A DNA stretch of 63,951 nt. Origin: a virus (lineage: Duplodnaviria; Caudoviricetes). A program made the position numbers and the translations under genes. This document shows positions 47,585 to 57,625 of this stretch, piece by piece. Under the pieces are notes generated by a model. That model was not told the DNA's origin. It saw only the letters and a list, made by a program, of their open reading frames with translations, and did no database searches. The stretch lies in the IMG/VR virus record IMGVR_UViG_3300020593_000115, positions 1 to 63,951 of that record, one strand, 5' to 3'. Positions within the stretch are counted from its first letter, which is position 1, and every line of letters starts with the position of its first letter.

Positions 47585-48268
47585 TTGCGCAATATCTCCG
47601 CACAGAACCTGGCGGCGCTTCAAGCGCGCCAGCTGGTGGCCCGCGACTTTTTGTGGCTTACGGCGCGCTCTCTGCAAACGGGCGCACCGTTTTCATATGG
47701 ATTTTGGTCAGACATCGGCGACGTATCAGCGCCGGTTCTGAATCCCAATACTGGTCTCTCGGAGACTCGGAACTTCGAGGGATCAGGTACCCTTATTCAA
47801 ATCAGCGACGTTCCATTGGTGTCGAATGTTTCGGTCCAGAACGTCACAATCCAGATGTCGCAACTCGACCCTGCAGTCGAGAATATCGTCCGTGGTTACG
47901 ACCTAAAGCAGGCCCCGGTAGAGATATATCGCGGCCTTTTCGATCCGAACAGCCGACAGATTGTGGCGCCGGCGCTGTGTCGCTTTGTTGGGTTTGTTGA
48001 CACGCTGGAAATCACCACTCCCAAGGAAAACGAAGCGGGGGGCATTTCACTAACGTGCGCGTCTCACACCCAAGAAATGACACGGGGAAACCCGGATACA
48101 CGCTCCAATGAGAGCCAAAAGAAGAGACTTTCAACGGACAATTTCTTCGAGGATACGACTGTTGTAGCCGAGTGGGAGCATTTCTGGGGGCGCAAGAAGG
48201 GAAAGGTCAGCGTCACGGCACCAACAAGGCAGATGACCGGTGTTATACTTTCCGGGACGCCCAGATGA
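47585..48268 (+). CDS. Minor tail / hub protein
   Basis: GFWS, GSGTLI, VEIYRGLF, RSNESQ; position. Confidence 0.65.
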   Translation: MRNISAQNLAALQARQLVARDFLWLTARSLQTGAPFSYGFWSDIGDVSAPVLNPNTGLSETRNFEGSGTLIQISDVPLVSNVSVQNVTIQMSQLDPAVENIVRGYDLKQAPVEIYRGLFDPNSRQIVAPALCRFVGFVDTLEITTPKENEAGGISLTCASHTQEMTRGNPDTRSNESQKKRLSTDNFFEDTTVVAEWEHFWGRKKGKVSVTAPTRQMTGVILSGTPR

Positions 48269-48699
48269 TCAGGGAAGCCGCAGAGCGGGACCGGATGCGC
48301 GTTCTAATGATGGCGCGTGACTTCCATGCCGCGTCTGGCATTCCCGTGCCATTCAGCGCAGCCTACGCAAATTCGCTGTTCACCACCACGCTCTCAGACG
48401 AAAACCGTCTGTGTTTGGTTTATGCGCCGGGCGACGTAGCGCAAGGCGTTCTTGCGGCGCAGGTGACGCAACTGGCTATAGCCTCGGTGAAGGCTGCCAC
48501 GGAAATCATGTGGTGGATTGAGCCAGCGCATCGCGGACGCGCCGCAATCCAAATGCTTGAAGCATACGAGGCTTGGGCGCGAGAGCGCGGGTGTCAATTC
48601 GCGAACATGGTTGGCTTGGGCAACGATCCCGAGCCCGCGAGACTCTATGAGCGCCGCGGCTACACGCCAGCCGAGCGCCACTTCGTGAAGCAGCTTTAG
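48265..48699 (+). CDS. GNAT-fold acetyltransferase in the tail operon
   Basis: WWIEPAHRG, YEAWARERG, RLYERRGY. Confidence 0.8.
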   Translation: MIREAAERDRMRVLMMARDFHAASGIPVPFSAAYANSLFTTTLSDENRLCLVYAPGDVAQGVLAAQVTQLAIASVKAATEIMWWIEPAHRGRAAIQMLEAYEAWARERGCQFANMVGLGNDPEPARLYERRGYTPAERHFVKQL

Positions 48700-48745
48700 C
48701 CGCAACGCACCATAGAGGCGGCACTACTAGTTTCAGGATACATCG

Positions 48746-51379
48746 ATGGCTGTTTTTACAGGTATCGTGTCCGCCATTGGCGGCGCGATAGCCTCTGTTT
48801 CGTCGTTCATCGGCGGTCTTGGTGCCGTCGGCACTTTTCTCCTTAAGACTGCAGTCGGGGTTGGCCTTAACCTCTTGGCCAAGGCCATTGCCGGCAAGCC
48901 AGAGAAACCGCAGTTCAGCGTTCAGGGACAATTGCAGGCCGGTGGCGATGTTCCTCGTTCTTTTATCTTCGGCCGAACCGTTACGGCGGGCTCCTTGGTC
49001 TATGCCAACACGTGGGGCAAAGAAGGCAAGACGCCAAATGCGTATTTCACCCAGGTCATCGCGCTCTCTGATATCCCGATCGCGGGCATCAGTCAGCTTT
49101 GGGTGAACGGTGAGCCGGTCACCATTGATACTAATGACACCTCATATGGAGACTGGGGCTATCCGGTCACTGAATACAAGACCGACGGCAATAACAACCA
49201 TATGTGGGTCAAATTTTACGACGGCACACAAACCGCCGCCGACCCGTTTTTGGTTAACACGGTGTCAAACGGCACCCGTCCATGGCAAGCAACTCGCGTC
49301 GGACGTGGTGTGGCTTATGCCATCATTACATCGGAAGTAGACGAGGAACTGTTCACCGGCTTCCCGCAATTCAAGTTCGAGGTTCAAGGCTCCAAGCTCT
49401 ACGACATCTCTAAGGACTCGACCGCTGGTGGCAACGGCCCGCAGCGTCGTTCTGATCCTTCAACGTGGGGCGGCGATGGCGACGACCTGCCCGCGGTGCA
49501 GATCTTCAATCTGCTTTCCGGAATCACGTACGAAAATTCGTGGCTTTACGGCCTGCAGAATCTTCCTTCGGCACGGCTCCCCGCCGCTGACTGGATTGCG
49601 CAAATCAATAAGTGCCGCGCGCAGGTACAGGGTCCAAACGGACTTGAGCCACAATACCTGACGGGTGGGGAGATCCACGTCGGTGCGCAGATTGCCGACG
49701 CGATCGAGGCAATTCTTACTGGTTGTCAGGGGCGGCTCTCCGAAAGCGGTGGCGTCTATAAGGTTCATGTTGGTGAGCCGGACGCGCCAGTGTTTGCCTT
49801 TTCAGACGGCGATATCCTGTCCACGGAAGAGCAGTCCTTCACGCCCTTCTTCGGTCTCGCTGATACGATCAATGGCATCAACGCCACATATCCAGAGCCG
49901 GCTGAGGGGTGGAATACCAAGACAGCCCCAGCGCTATACAATACTACGTATGAGGCGCAGGACGGTAATCGGCGTCTGATGGCTGATGTCCAGTTGGACA
50001 TGGTTTATCGCTCCAGCCAAGTGCAGCGGCTAATGAAGTCGGCTCTGGCGGAAGGGCGCAGGGCTCGGCGACATACGTTCGTGTTGCCGCCAAGCGCATG
50101 GATTCTTGAGCCTGGCGACGTTGTGTCGTTCACGTCTGAGCGCAATGGCTATCAGAGCAAGTTGATGCGCGTCGACGGTGTGGTCGACCGCGGCAATCTT
50201 GATGTCATGGTTGACCTTACGGAGGTCGACCCCACTGATTACGACTGGAACCAGCAGACGGATTATACGCCGCCTGTGTTCGGCCCGGTCGGCCCGGTAC
50301 GACCTTCGCCGCAACCGATCATCGATTGGTTTGCCGAACCAGCCGTTGTGCCGGATAACGCCGGTAAGCCGCGGCGCCCCGCAATCAAACTGTCATGGGA
50401 CGGCGATCAGCCGGATGTAGCGGCGGTCGAGTTTGAGGTGCGGCTTACCTCGTCGTTGGTTGTTGTTTATACCGGACGCACGGATCAGCCAGAAGCCGGA
50501 TCTCTGCTTATCAGTCAAGGCTTGCTCCCAAACACTCAATATGGGGTGAGGGGGCGGTACAAGCCCATATCAGATAGGCCGACGCTTTGGTCTGATTGGC
50601 TCCCCGTCACGACGCCCGATGTCCTCCTCGGCAAGGATGATGTCTATTTCGATATCGACATTGGCGATCTGAATAACACTGTTCAAGAAGCCCTGGGCTG
50701 GCTGGGCGACAGCCTGCGCTACGTGCAGGAAGAGCTCGACCGTATCGGCGCGATGGCGACCGAGCAGGACGGCGGCAACTATTTCGACAAGAAGCAGCTT
50801 CGCACCGAACTGTCGGTCACGGCCGAAGGGCTTCGGGCGGATTACACGCTCCAGATCGCGGCGGCCGTGGGGCCTGGCTCGGCCATCGTGTCGCGCATCG
50901 AGGCGCTTGAGGTCCAGGTCAACAATGATATCGCCCAGGCCGTCGATCTGCTCTCCACCGAAATCTCGACGGTCAATGATCAGGTCGTGGCCAACGCCAA
51001 TGCCATTACGGCGCTGAGCGCGACCGTCGATGGCATTTCCGCCAGTGTGACGGTGCGCGGGCAGGCGCAGGCATCGCCTGGCGGTGGATGGGCGCGCTAT
51101 GGCATCGAGGTCAAGACCGGCAGCGGCAATGACTGGTCGAGCGCGGCGTTCTTCCTCGATACCAATGGATCGACGAGCAGAGCGGTGTTTCTCGTCGATC
51201 AGTTCGTGATCTCGGATCCCTCGGGAAACATCGCCAGCCCGTTCATATTCCAGAATGGCATTGCCCGCATGCAGAATGCATGGATCGGCGATGTGCAGTT
51301 CAATTCACTGTCCTCGTCGAACGGAAAATGGATCGCGCGGGGATACGGCAACTTCGCGGATTTGAGGATCTTCGCATGA
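48746..51379 (+). CDS. Tail tip / host-specificity J-like protein
   Basis: 877 aa; LEPGDVV, FN3-like segment, C-terminal coiled coil, DQFVI. Confidence 0.85.
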   Translation: MAVFTGIVSAIGGAIASVSSFIGGLGAVGTFLLKTAVGVGLNLLAKAIAGKPEKPQFSVQGQLQAGGDVPRSFIFGRTVTAGSLVYANTWGKEGKTPNAYFTQVIALSDIPIAGISQLWVNGEPVTIDTNDTSYGDWGYPVTEYKTDGNNNHMWVKFYDGTQTAADPFLVNTVSNGTRPWQATRVGRGVAYAIITSEVDEELFTGFPQFKFEVQGSKLYDISKDSTAGGNGPQRRSDPSTWGGDGDDLPAVQIFNLLSGITYENSWLYGLQNLPSARLPAADWIAQINKCRAQVQGPNGLEPQYLTGGEIHVGAQIADAIEAILTGCQGRLSESGGVYKVHVGEPDAPVFAFSDGDILSTEEQSFTPFFGLADTINGINATYPEPAEGWNTKTAPALYNTTYEAQDGNRRLMADVQLDMVYRSSQVQRLMKSALAEGRRARRHTFVLPPSAWILEPGDVVSFTSERNGYQSKLMRVDGVVDRGNLDVMVDLTEVDPTDYDWNQQTDYTPPVFGPVGPVRPSPQPIIDWFAEPAVVPDNAGKPRRPAIKLSWDGDQPDVAAVEFEVRLTSSLVVVYTGRTDQPEAGSLLISQGLLPNTQYGVRGRYKPISDRPTLWSDWLPVTTPDVLLGKDDVYFDIDIGDLNNTVQEALGWLGDSLRYVQEELDRIGAMATEQDGGNYFDKKQLRTELSVTAEGLRADYTLQIAAAVGPGSAIVSRIEALEVQVNNDIAQAVDLLSTEISTVNDQVVANANAITALSATVDGISASVTVRGQAQASPGGGWARYGIEVKTGSGNDWSSAAFFLDTNGSTSRAVFLVDQFVISDPSGNIASPFIFQNGIARMQNAWIGDVQFNSLSSSNGKWIARGYGNFADLRIFA

Positions 51380-52992
51380 CCTATCTCGCCATCGGTTACA
51401 AATATGGCTATGGGCCGGGCGTCTGGGTCGTGAAGGACGATTCCACCGACTACCTCACGACCAGCCCATATGATTTCGGGAAGTTCTTCTTCAACTCCGA
51501 GATCCAGGCAATCTCGTACACCAAGGCACCGTGGAAGCAGTCGTTCTTCTCGACGGACGGTGCGGGGTGGAACTATATCGGCGGGAGCGCCGCGACCTGC
51601 TCGCGCGCCATATCGACGACGAGCGTGTCGGGCCTCCTGCAGAGCAACGTCTACTCCTTCCCTCAGAAGCTATTTCCGGGGGACGCCTTCCGACCAATCA
51701 CCGAGGCCCGTATCCGCGACCGCAGCACCGGCAAGGTATATGCCGCCAAACGCGACAAGACCTATGTCGTCAATACTTCTTCCCAGCAGCACGGAATTGT
51801 GACGGCCTATCAATTTCCGGCCGTCACGATGACGCTGTCCAACACCGGCACGGGCGATTGGCATGGCCAGATCATCAATTCGGATTTTTCGGGCCGTATC
51901 GGCGAATGGTTCGTGCGATATGGGGATACGCTTGACGGCCGTGCCGGTGGAAGCCCTACCACCATCAACCGCGGCACATTCAGCGGCAACACATACCCCG
52001 ACAAGGATATCATCACGATCACATGGGATTTACCGGCGGATGACAATGGCATCCCAATTCCCACCGCGCCAGTGCAAGCCGGTCAGGAGAATGTACGTCT
52101 CGACTCCAATGGATTTATCGTCACCAGGCCGGGCTTCACCGTTGATGGCTCCGCTGGTCGCCAGAGAGTAATCGACAGCACGCGCAATCCGCCTCTTTGC
52201 ATCATGGCGGGGGAAACCGGGGCTATCGGCTCGGGCGGTTCATTCTTTGTCGCCGGACCGCCGGGCATCGATCTGTCCTATGACACCGTCGTCGATATCA
52301 TGGCGCGGACGACGAGCACATCCTATTATGTGCCGGCGTGGATCATCACCGGCTACACGCCTAACTACAACAACGCGCTTTCTTATATCGTCTCATCGAA
52401 CGGTATCACGTTTTACAATGACGGAGAGGAGACGCTGATCGTCCGCTATGCCGTCTTTGGGGTGGATTTCCGGGCGCCTTCCACGGGCGGCAGCGAGATA
52501 ATGCGCCGTGCCAATGACGGAACACGCGACTATATTCAGATCAAGAAGCCCGGCAGTTCCGACGCCGCGCCGCTGCCGAATGACATCCTGCTGGACACCC
52601 GGTTTCCTACGCTCCAGATCGTATCCGAAGGCTATCTGCCGATCGGCTCTTTCAACGAGGCGGCGGATGACCAGAGAGCTGGCAACGTCGGCAAGACGGT
52701 GAGCTTCACCAACAGCGGCTTCTGGCCGTTCCTGAAATATTCGATCTATTTCGGCAGCTACATCCTGCCGCCAATGTGGGCCGAAATCCTGCACTATCCA
52801 TCGGGAGCCTATAACCACCGCCCCACCAACCAAAGCTGCGTGGCACGGGTTGAGGACACCTATGTGAAATTCAACCTCTCGCCTGGCAACCCGAGCAACA
52901 TGACAAGCCCGTCGAGCGGGCAGTGGGAACTGCGCAACGATTATCCAGATCCGCTCGGCATCCGCTACTATATCTTCGCCATTCCGCGCTGA
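51376..52992 (+). CDS. Minor tail / receptor-binding protein
   Basis: Beta-rich, G/S/T/Y-rich; coupled to the J-like gene. Confidence 0.6.
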   Translation: MTYLAIGYKYGYGPGVWVVKDDSTDYLTTSPYDFGKFFFNSEIQAISYTKAPWKQSFFSTDGAGWNYIGGSAATCSRAISTTSVSGLLQSNVYSFPQKLFPGDAFRPITEARIRDRSTGKVYAAKRDKTYVVNTSSQQHGIVTAYQFPAVTMTLSNTGTGDWHGQIINSDFSGRIGEWFVRYGDTLDGRAGGSPTTINRGTFSGNTYPDKDIITITWDLPADDNGIPIPTAPVQAGQENVRLDSNGFIVTRPGFTVDGSAGRQRVIDSTRNPPLCIMAGETGAIGSGGSFFVAGPPGIDLSYDTVVDIMARTTSTSYYVPAWIITGYTPNYNNALSYIVSSNGITFYNDGEETLIVRYAVFGVDFRAPSTGGSEIMRRANDGTRDYIQIKKPGSSDAAPLPNDILLDTRFPTLQIVSEGYLPIGSFNEAADDQRAGNVGKTVSFTNSGFWPFLKYSIYFGSYILPPMWAEILHYPSGAYNHRPTNQSCVARVEDTYVKFNLSPGNPSNMTSPSSGQWELRNDYPDPLGIRYYIFAIPR

Positions 52993-53043
52993 CGACCCGA
53001 AAAATCAGCATTGCACCACCCGCCATCGCGGGAAGGAGACCCT

Positions 53044-53259
53044 ATGCCCGAACCCCAGACAAACCGCGCCCAGATCGGTGTTGACGCCATCGCCAATGAG
53101 GCATTGGCACTCGTCGATTTCTATAAAAGCCGCGTCCTCACCCTCGCCAATGAAATGCTCCAGATGAAGCGCACAATCATGGATCTGCAAGCGCAACTCC
53201 ATGCGCAGCCCCCGAAGGCCGATCCCGATCCGTCCGTTCATTCGGCGCAGGAGGAATAG
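53044..53259 (+). CDS. Small coiled-coil tail-region protein
   Basis: AAGGAG RBS. Confidence 0.55.
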   Translation: MPEPQTNRAQIGVDAIANEALALVDFYKSRVLTLANEMLQMKRTIMDLQAQLHAQPPKADPDPSVHSAQEE

Positions 53260-53261
53260 CC

Positions 53262-54332
53262 ATGGCCATTCGCCCGGACTGGACCGTTGGCACCCTCAAT
53301 CTCACGTCAGGATCGGTGAATTTCACCACCACGGGATCGGCGCTGCAAACAGCCGGGGTTGAGGCCGGCGATGAGATCATCACCAGCAGCGGTCATGTCC
53401 TGATCATCGCCAGCGTCACGGGGCAAAACGCGGGAACCCTCTATCAGCCGTGCCCCGCTGGTGCCGCTGGCACCGGTCAGCCGCTCCGCATCCGGTTCCA
53501 GCCTGACGGCAGCCGCTATCAGGGCGCGGCGCGCGATCTTATCAATCTCGACCAGAACGGCAATATCAGTGCGCTCTCTGGCCTCACCGGTGCCCCCGAC
53601 AAGATGCCGTATTTCACAGGTGCCGGAACGATGGCGCTGGCGGGGTTCCCTGCGGCCGCTCGCGCTCTCCTCAACCTGACCGGCACCGCTGCTGCTGATC
53701 AGATCCCGTATCTGACAGGCACAGGCGCCGCAGCGCTGACGGGGTTGTCTGCCTTTATGCGGACGGTTCTGGATGATGCGGATGCCGCGACGGCGCTAAA
53801 TACAATCACGAATAACACGCGGCTGGGTGCGATCGCCTCTGGCTCACTAGATTTTGATGCCATCACGGAGACGGGTGTATATGGCGGCGATAGCGCTACC
53901 GCGAACCGACCAGGGAATGCGGGAAATTGGCTCGTGCTCCACATGGCGCGGACATCGACCATCCATGCTCAACTTGCCTTGAGCCGGGCCAGTTATGATG
54001 TGCAATATCGCTACAACAACGGGTCGGCGTGGCAACCCTGGCGCGGAATGCTCGTTGAGCGCGGCAGCAATGCCAATGGCGAATATACACGATTCCCCGA
54101 TGGGACGCAGATTTGCTGGCGCAATTACATCGCAAACGCCGCTGCGCCATGGGCTGCTACGTTCAGTGCAGCACCCATGGCCGTGGCGACCGTAGCCGGT
54201 GGCGGCAACACGCGGATAGCCACCTTTTCGAGCACTCCCACCACGACAAACGTTACCGTTCAGGTGAATACTGAGGCGGGCGGGGCGTCCTCTTCACCCG
54301 GCTATGTTGTCGGCTTCGGGAGGTGGTTCTGA
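53262..54332 (+). CDS. Tail fiber protein
   Basis: DKMPYFTG repeats, ERGSNANGEYTRFPDGTQICW, C-terminal GRWF. Confidence 0.85.
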   Translation: MAIRPDWTVGTLNLTSGSVNFTTTGSALQTAGVEAGDEIITSSGHVLIIASVTGQNAGTLYQPCPAGAAGTGQPLRIRFQPDGSRYQGAARDLINLDQNGNISALSGLTGAPDKMPYFTGAGTMALAGFPAAARALLNLTGTAAADQIPYLTGTGAAALTGLSAFMRTVLDDADAATALNTITNNTRLGAIASGSLDFDAITETGVYGGDSATANRPGNAGNWLVLHMARTSTIHAQLALSRASYDVQYRYNNGSAWQPWRGMLVERGSNANGEYTRFPDGTQICWRNYIANAAAPWAATFSAAPMAVATVAGGGNTRIATFSSTPTTTNVTVQVNTEAGGASSSPGYVVGFGRWF

Positions 54333-54661
54333 TGCAGATATCATTGTCTCCAATTCGCTCGGACGAGGAACTTAGTGTCAGCAAGGCCGGCGACGTTTTA
54401 ACGATCAACGGCGACGTGTTCGACTTTTCCGAAGTTCCGGATGGCGCGACTGTCCTCGCCGAAGGGGTTCCATGTGATTGGATTATCGGCCCCGTTGAGC
54501 GCGTGGACGGTGAATTGCGCCTCACGCTACTCCTGCCGCATGGTTCCAATCCGTCGCCGGAAGTGGCATTTCCAGAGCCAATGATTAATCCGCCGGACGG
54601 CCAGCTTGATCTGCCGCGCGATCCCGAACCCGTGGAGGAAAACGCCGATGTGGAAGCCTGA
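54332..54661 (+). CDS. Tail fiber assembly protein
   Basis: ISLSPIRSD, GDVLTING..FDF, LLLPHG. Confidence 0.7.
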   Translation: MQISLSPIRSDEELSVSKAGDVLTINGDVFDFSEVPDGATVLAEGVPCDWIIGPVERVDGELRLTLLLPHGSNPSPEVAFPEPMINPPDGQLDLPRDPEPVEENADVEA

Positions 54662-55004
54662 TCCGTCTGTCATCATCACGGCCGAAGCGAAAGCGGCCGC
54701 TGCACGTGATGCGCTCCTGGCACAATTCTCCAGCGCGATACAGTCCCACCTCGACACCAAGGCCCGCGAGCGGGACTACGACGACATGTGGAGCGCCATC
54801 ACTTATCGGGATGATCCGAACCCGCAGTTTGCGGCTGAGGGGCAGGCGCTGTTCGAATGGCGATCCGATGTCTGGACCTATGCCACGACGGAACTCGCCA
54901 GAGTGACGGCCGGCGAGCGGGAAATTCCGACTGTCGAGGAGTTCCTGGTCGAGCTGCCCGTCTTCACGTGGCCTGACGTTCAGCCGGCATCACAGCCGGA
55001 ATAA
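54648..55004 (+). CDS. Tail fiber assembly-associated protein
   Basis: HLD..ARER.Y..SAITY...WRSDVW...ELP.F.WP. Confidence 0.65.
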   Translation: MWKPDPSVIITAEAKAAAARDALLAQFSSAIQSHLDTKARERDYDDMWSAITYRDDPNPQFAAEGQALFEWRSDVWTYATTELARVTAGEREIPTVEEFLVELPVFTWPDVQPASQPE

Positions 55005-55084
55005 TCCCGGCCCACACAACGACGGCTGCCATGACGGCCAAACAGATCAACAGGGCTGCGGCTCGATAGAACTGTATGCCCTTC

Positions 55085-55276
55085 TCAATTCGGTATAGTG
55101 ATGACCAGCGCCTTGCGACCCAGCCATTCATCCGTCATCCGGAAGGAAATACCGTCAAGCCATAATGTGTCCCTGTCGAACGACGTGATCATGCGGCCAT
55201 CTTTTAGGAGAGCCGAGAATTCGCCCAACACATTGATGCGTGCGATTAACTCACGAATAGTCATGGTGTGAATCAT
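55085..55276 (-). CDS. Hypothetical small protein
   Basis: Downstream of the GT2 moron with an RBS. Confidence 0.45.
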   Translation of the reverse strand: MIHTMTIRELIARINVLGEFSALLKDGRMITSFDRDTLWLDGISFRMTDEWLGRKALVITIPN

Positions 55277-55315
55277 GGGGTTACCTTCTCCGTCGCGACG
55301 CGCCTGCGGCCCCGG

Positions 55316-57157
55316 CTAAGCCGCATCTGCTACACGTTTAAGGTGAGCGTCGTATTTTCTTCTGATTACGTCTTCGATGTCCTTTGCGAATTCCGGGCGC
55401 GCTACCTGCTTTACGATTTTCCTGACCTTCATAGCGTCCATAATCTTTTGCGTTGAGGTCAGCCCAGACCAGGTGCCCCCGCCGTGGTGACGGTAGACGG
55501 ACAGTGGTTCGTTTATGTATCCGATGGGGCCAAATTGTTCGAGAAAGAAGGCCACGGTAATCTCAGACAGGCGGTGATAATAGGCGTAGTGAGGCAGCTT
55601 CCTTATTAGGTCGGCGCGGAACATACACGACGAGAAATTGACGATCAGGTTCATGTCGGGATCGTTGACAAAGTCCTCGCCGGTAAGCTTGTTGTGGACA
55701 AGGTTTTCTTGCCGCTCAAGCGTGCGGAATTCTACCTTTCCGTTCTTCTCAACAAGCATTTTGATCTTTGAAAAGACCATTGAGCAGTCTTGGTGCTCTC
55801 GCATGAACGACAACTTTTTCGCCAGGTTGCGCGTGTCATCCCAATAGTCGTCGCCTTCAAGAACGGCAATATACTCACCAGCAGCTGCCTCGAAGCAGCG
55901 CCTGAAATTCTCCGATATTCCCATGTTGTGAGGCACAGAGATGTTGCGTGCATGAGCTTTGTGCTTGTTGCAAAAATCTTGAATGATTTCGGCTGTTTTA
56001 TCCGTTGATCCGTCATCGGATATGAGGATTTCGAATGTGAAGTCACCCTTCTGCTCAGCGATGCTTTCGAGCGCCTTAGCAATGAATTTCTCTTGGTTGT
56101 AGGAGAGCACAATTATCGAAACTGTGTCTTTAATGCGGTGCTTTCTATGTATTTGAACCCGTGCTAACGCGTAAGACTCTGCCTTCGTGATACGGTCGCT
56201 GGCCTGTTCGTCATTGTAATCCATGACAATGCGCTGGATATAAGCCGGAGGATACTCCTTCGTGTATCGCAGTATGAGTTCCCAATCGACAAGGCGCTTT
56301 AATCCTGGGTCGAAGCCGCCGAGTGATATGTAACAGGATCGGTGGTGGCAGAACGCCCCAATATCGATGAAGTTCTCCACGACAAGTTTCTCATAGTCGA
56401 ACGGCCTGCCGCCGACCTTTGTGCTTCCCTTAACGGCGAAGTTAGCGTAGTGCGTTAAGGATGATGGGTGCTCAATGATTGACCCCGCGAACGTAGCCAG
56501 GAAGTCTGGCCTAAGTGTGTTGTCAGAGTCTAGGTAAACTATCCAATCATTGGAGGCTTTAGAGAGTCCGACGTTACGAGCGAAGCAGACGCCAGAAGGA
56601 GTCTCGCATCTCACATAAACAAACCTTCCGCTCTTGAACTCGCGCTGGTATTTGGCTTTGACCAGATGCTCTGTTCCGTCGGAAGAGCCATCGTCAACTA
56701 AAATGAATTGATAATTCTGATGCGTTTGGTCGATTAGTGAATCTATGGCATCCACAATACAGTGCGCCCGGTTTCGTGTGGGCATAATCACAGAGAACGA
56801 TATAGCCGACAGGTCTCCGTTCCAGATCCTTGACGAAGCACTCAACCGTACAGGGCCGTCGTGCGGCACGACCCTTCTTCCCTCAGCCCTGCCGTTGCGA
56901 ATATAGTGCAACAGTGGATTGGCGCCGGCTTTCCTAACATCTGGGTACATTCTCAGATATACCGCGCCACTAAAGGACGGCCCTGGGCTGCGGTTCAGTC
57001 TTGCCCCGAACCGCAAATAGTGTTCGATGGGATCCATTGCGAGCATTCCTACATCGCGATAGTTTTCAAGGTACCAATCCTCATCAAATATCTCCGATGC
57101 TTTGATGTCTCTGTAGTCCTGGATTGAATATTCGCGCGACCAATTGTTGAAGAACAT
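55316..57157 (-). CDS. Double GT2-domain glycosyltransferase (lysogenic conversion moron)
   Basis: Two GT2 domains (SVIMPTRN..VDDGSSD..LDSD; SIIVLSYN..SDDGSTD..LEGDD); N-terminal YL..YPDV..NPLLHY repeats; lower GC. Confidence 0.9.
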   Translation of the reverse strand: MFFNNWSREYSIQDYRDIKASEIFDEDWYLENYRDVGMLAMDPIEHYLRFGARLNRSPGPSFSGAVYLRMYPDVRKAGANPLLHYIRNGRAEGRRVVPHDGPVRLSASSRIWNGDLSAISFSVIMPTRNRAHCIVDAIDSLIDQTHQNYQFILVDDGSSDGTEHLVKAKYQREFKSGRFVYVRCETPSGVCFARNVGLSKASNDWIVYLDSDNTLRPDFLATFAGSIIEHPSSLTHYANFAVKGSTKVGGRPFDYEKLVVENFIDIGAFCHHRSCYISLGGFDPGLKRLVDWELILRYTKEYPPAYIQRIVMDYNDEQASDRITKAESYALARVQIHRKHRIKDTVSIIVLSYNQEKFIAKALESIAEQKGDFTFEILISDDGSTDKTAEIIQDFCNKHKAHARNISVPHNMGISENFRRCFEAAAGEYIAVLEGDDYWDDTRNLAKKLSFMREHQDCSMVFSKIKMLVEKNGKVEFRTLERQENLVHNKLTGEDFVNDPDMNLIVNFSSCMFRADLIRKLPHYAYYHRLSEITVAFFLEQFGPIGYINEPLSVYRHHGGGTWSGLTSTQKIMDAMKVRKIVKQVARPEFAKDIEDVIRRKYDAHLKRVADAA

Positions 57158-57390
57158 TTTACCCACCTGGTGGATTTCTTCGATCCACACCCCGTTTTCG
57201 AATGATGCTCTTGCGCGTGCGACTAGCGCAGAACTTGTTCTTTTTGCTGATTTTGCCGATCTACAGATGGAGGCGCATTGGCGCTGAGGTGCGCGCGCAG
57301 TCAAAACGAAAGGCGACCTTACGCACCGCGTCAGGACGTCGAAAAATAAAACCATTACTGATGTAAGACATGCTAACCCCCGGCGTCTGC

Positions 57391-57540
57391 TGATCGGGGA
57401 GTTAGGAACTCACGCACAGCGGAGCGCCGCCGCCTTCGCCCTTGCGGGCTATTGTATACGCGGCGGCCTCCCCGACCATAATTACCGGAGAGTGCAATCA
57501 CGGCTGCACCAGCCGCTGTGCGAGGGGTTCCTACGCCCCA
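57391..57540 (-). ncRNA. Structured RNA, possibly C4-antisense-like, with a complementary site
   Basis: Closing stem 57391-57401/57468-57478, inner stems, and alternative pairing 57403-57422/57513-57533. Confidence 0.5.
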
Positions 57541-57625
57541 GAGCATTGAGGATGCTCCGCGTCTTTTCTAGCAGCAAGCGTGCGGTTACGCAACTTTCAA
57601 TCTTCAACTACAACTGAAGGTACTC

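Noticed and set aside
53262-57600. Diversity-generating retroelement or invertase acting on the tail fiber
   Set aside because: No reverse transcriptase, invertase or TR/VR duplicate was seen.
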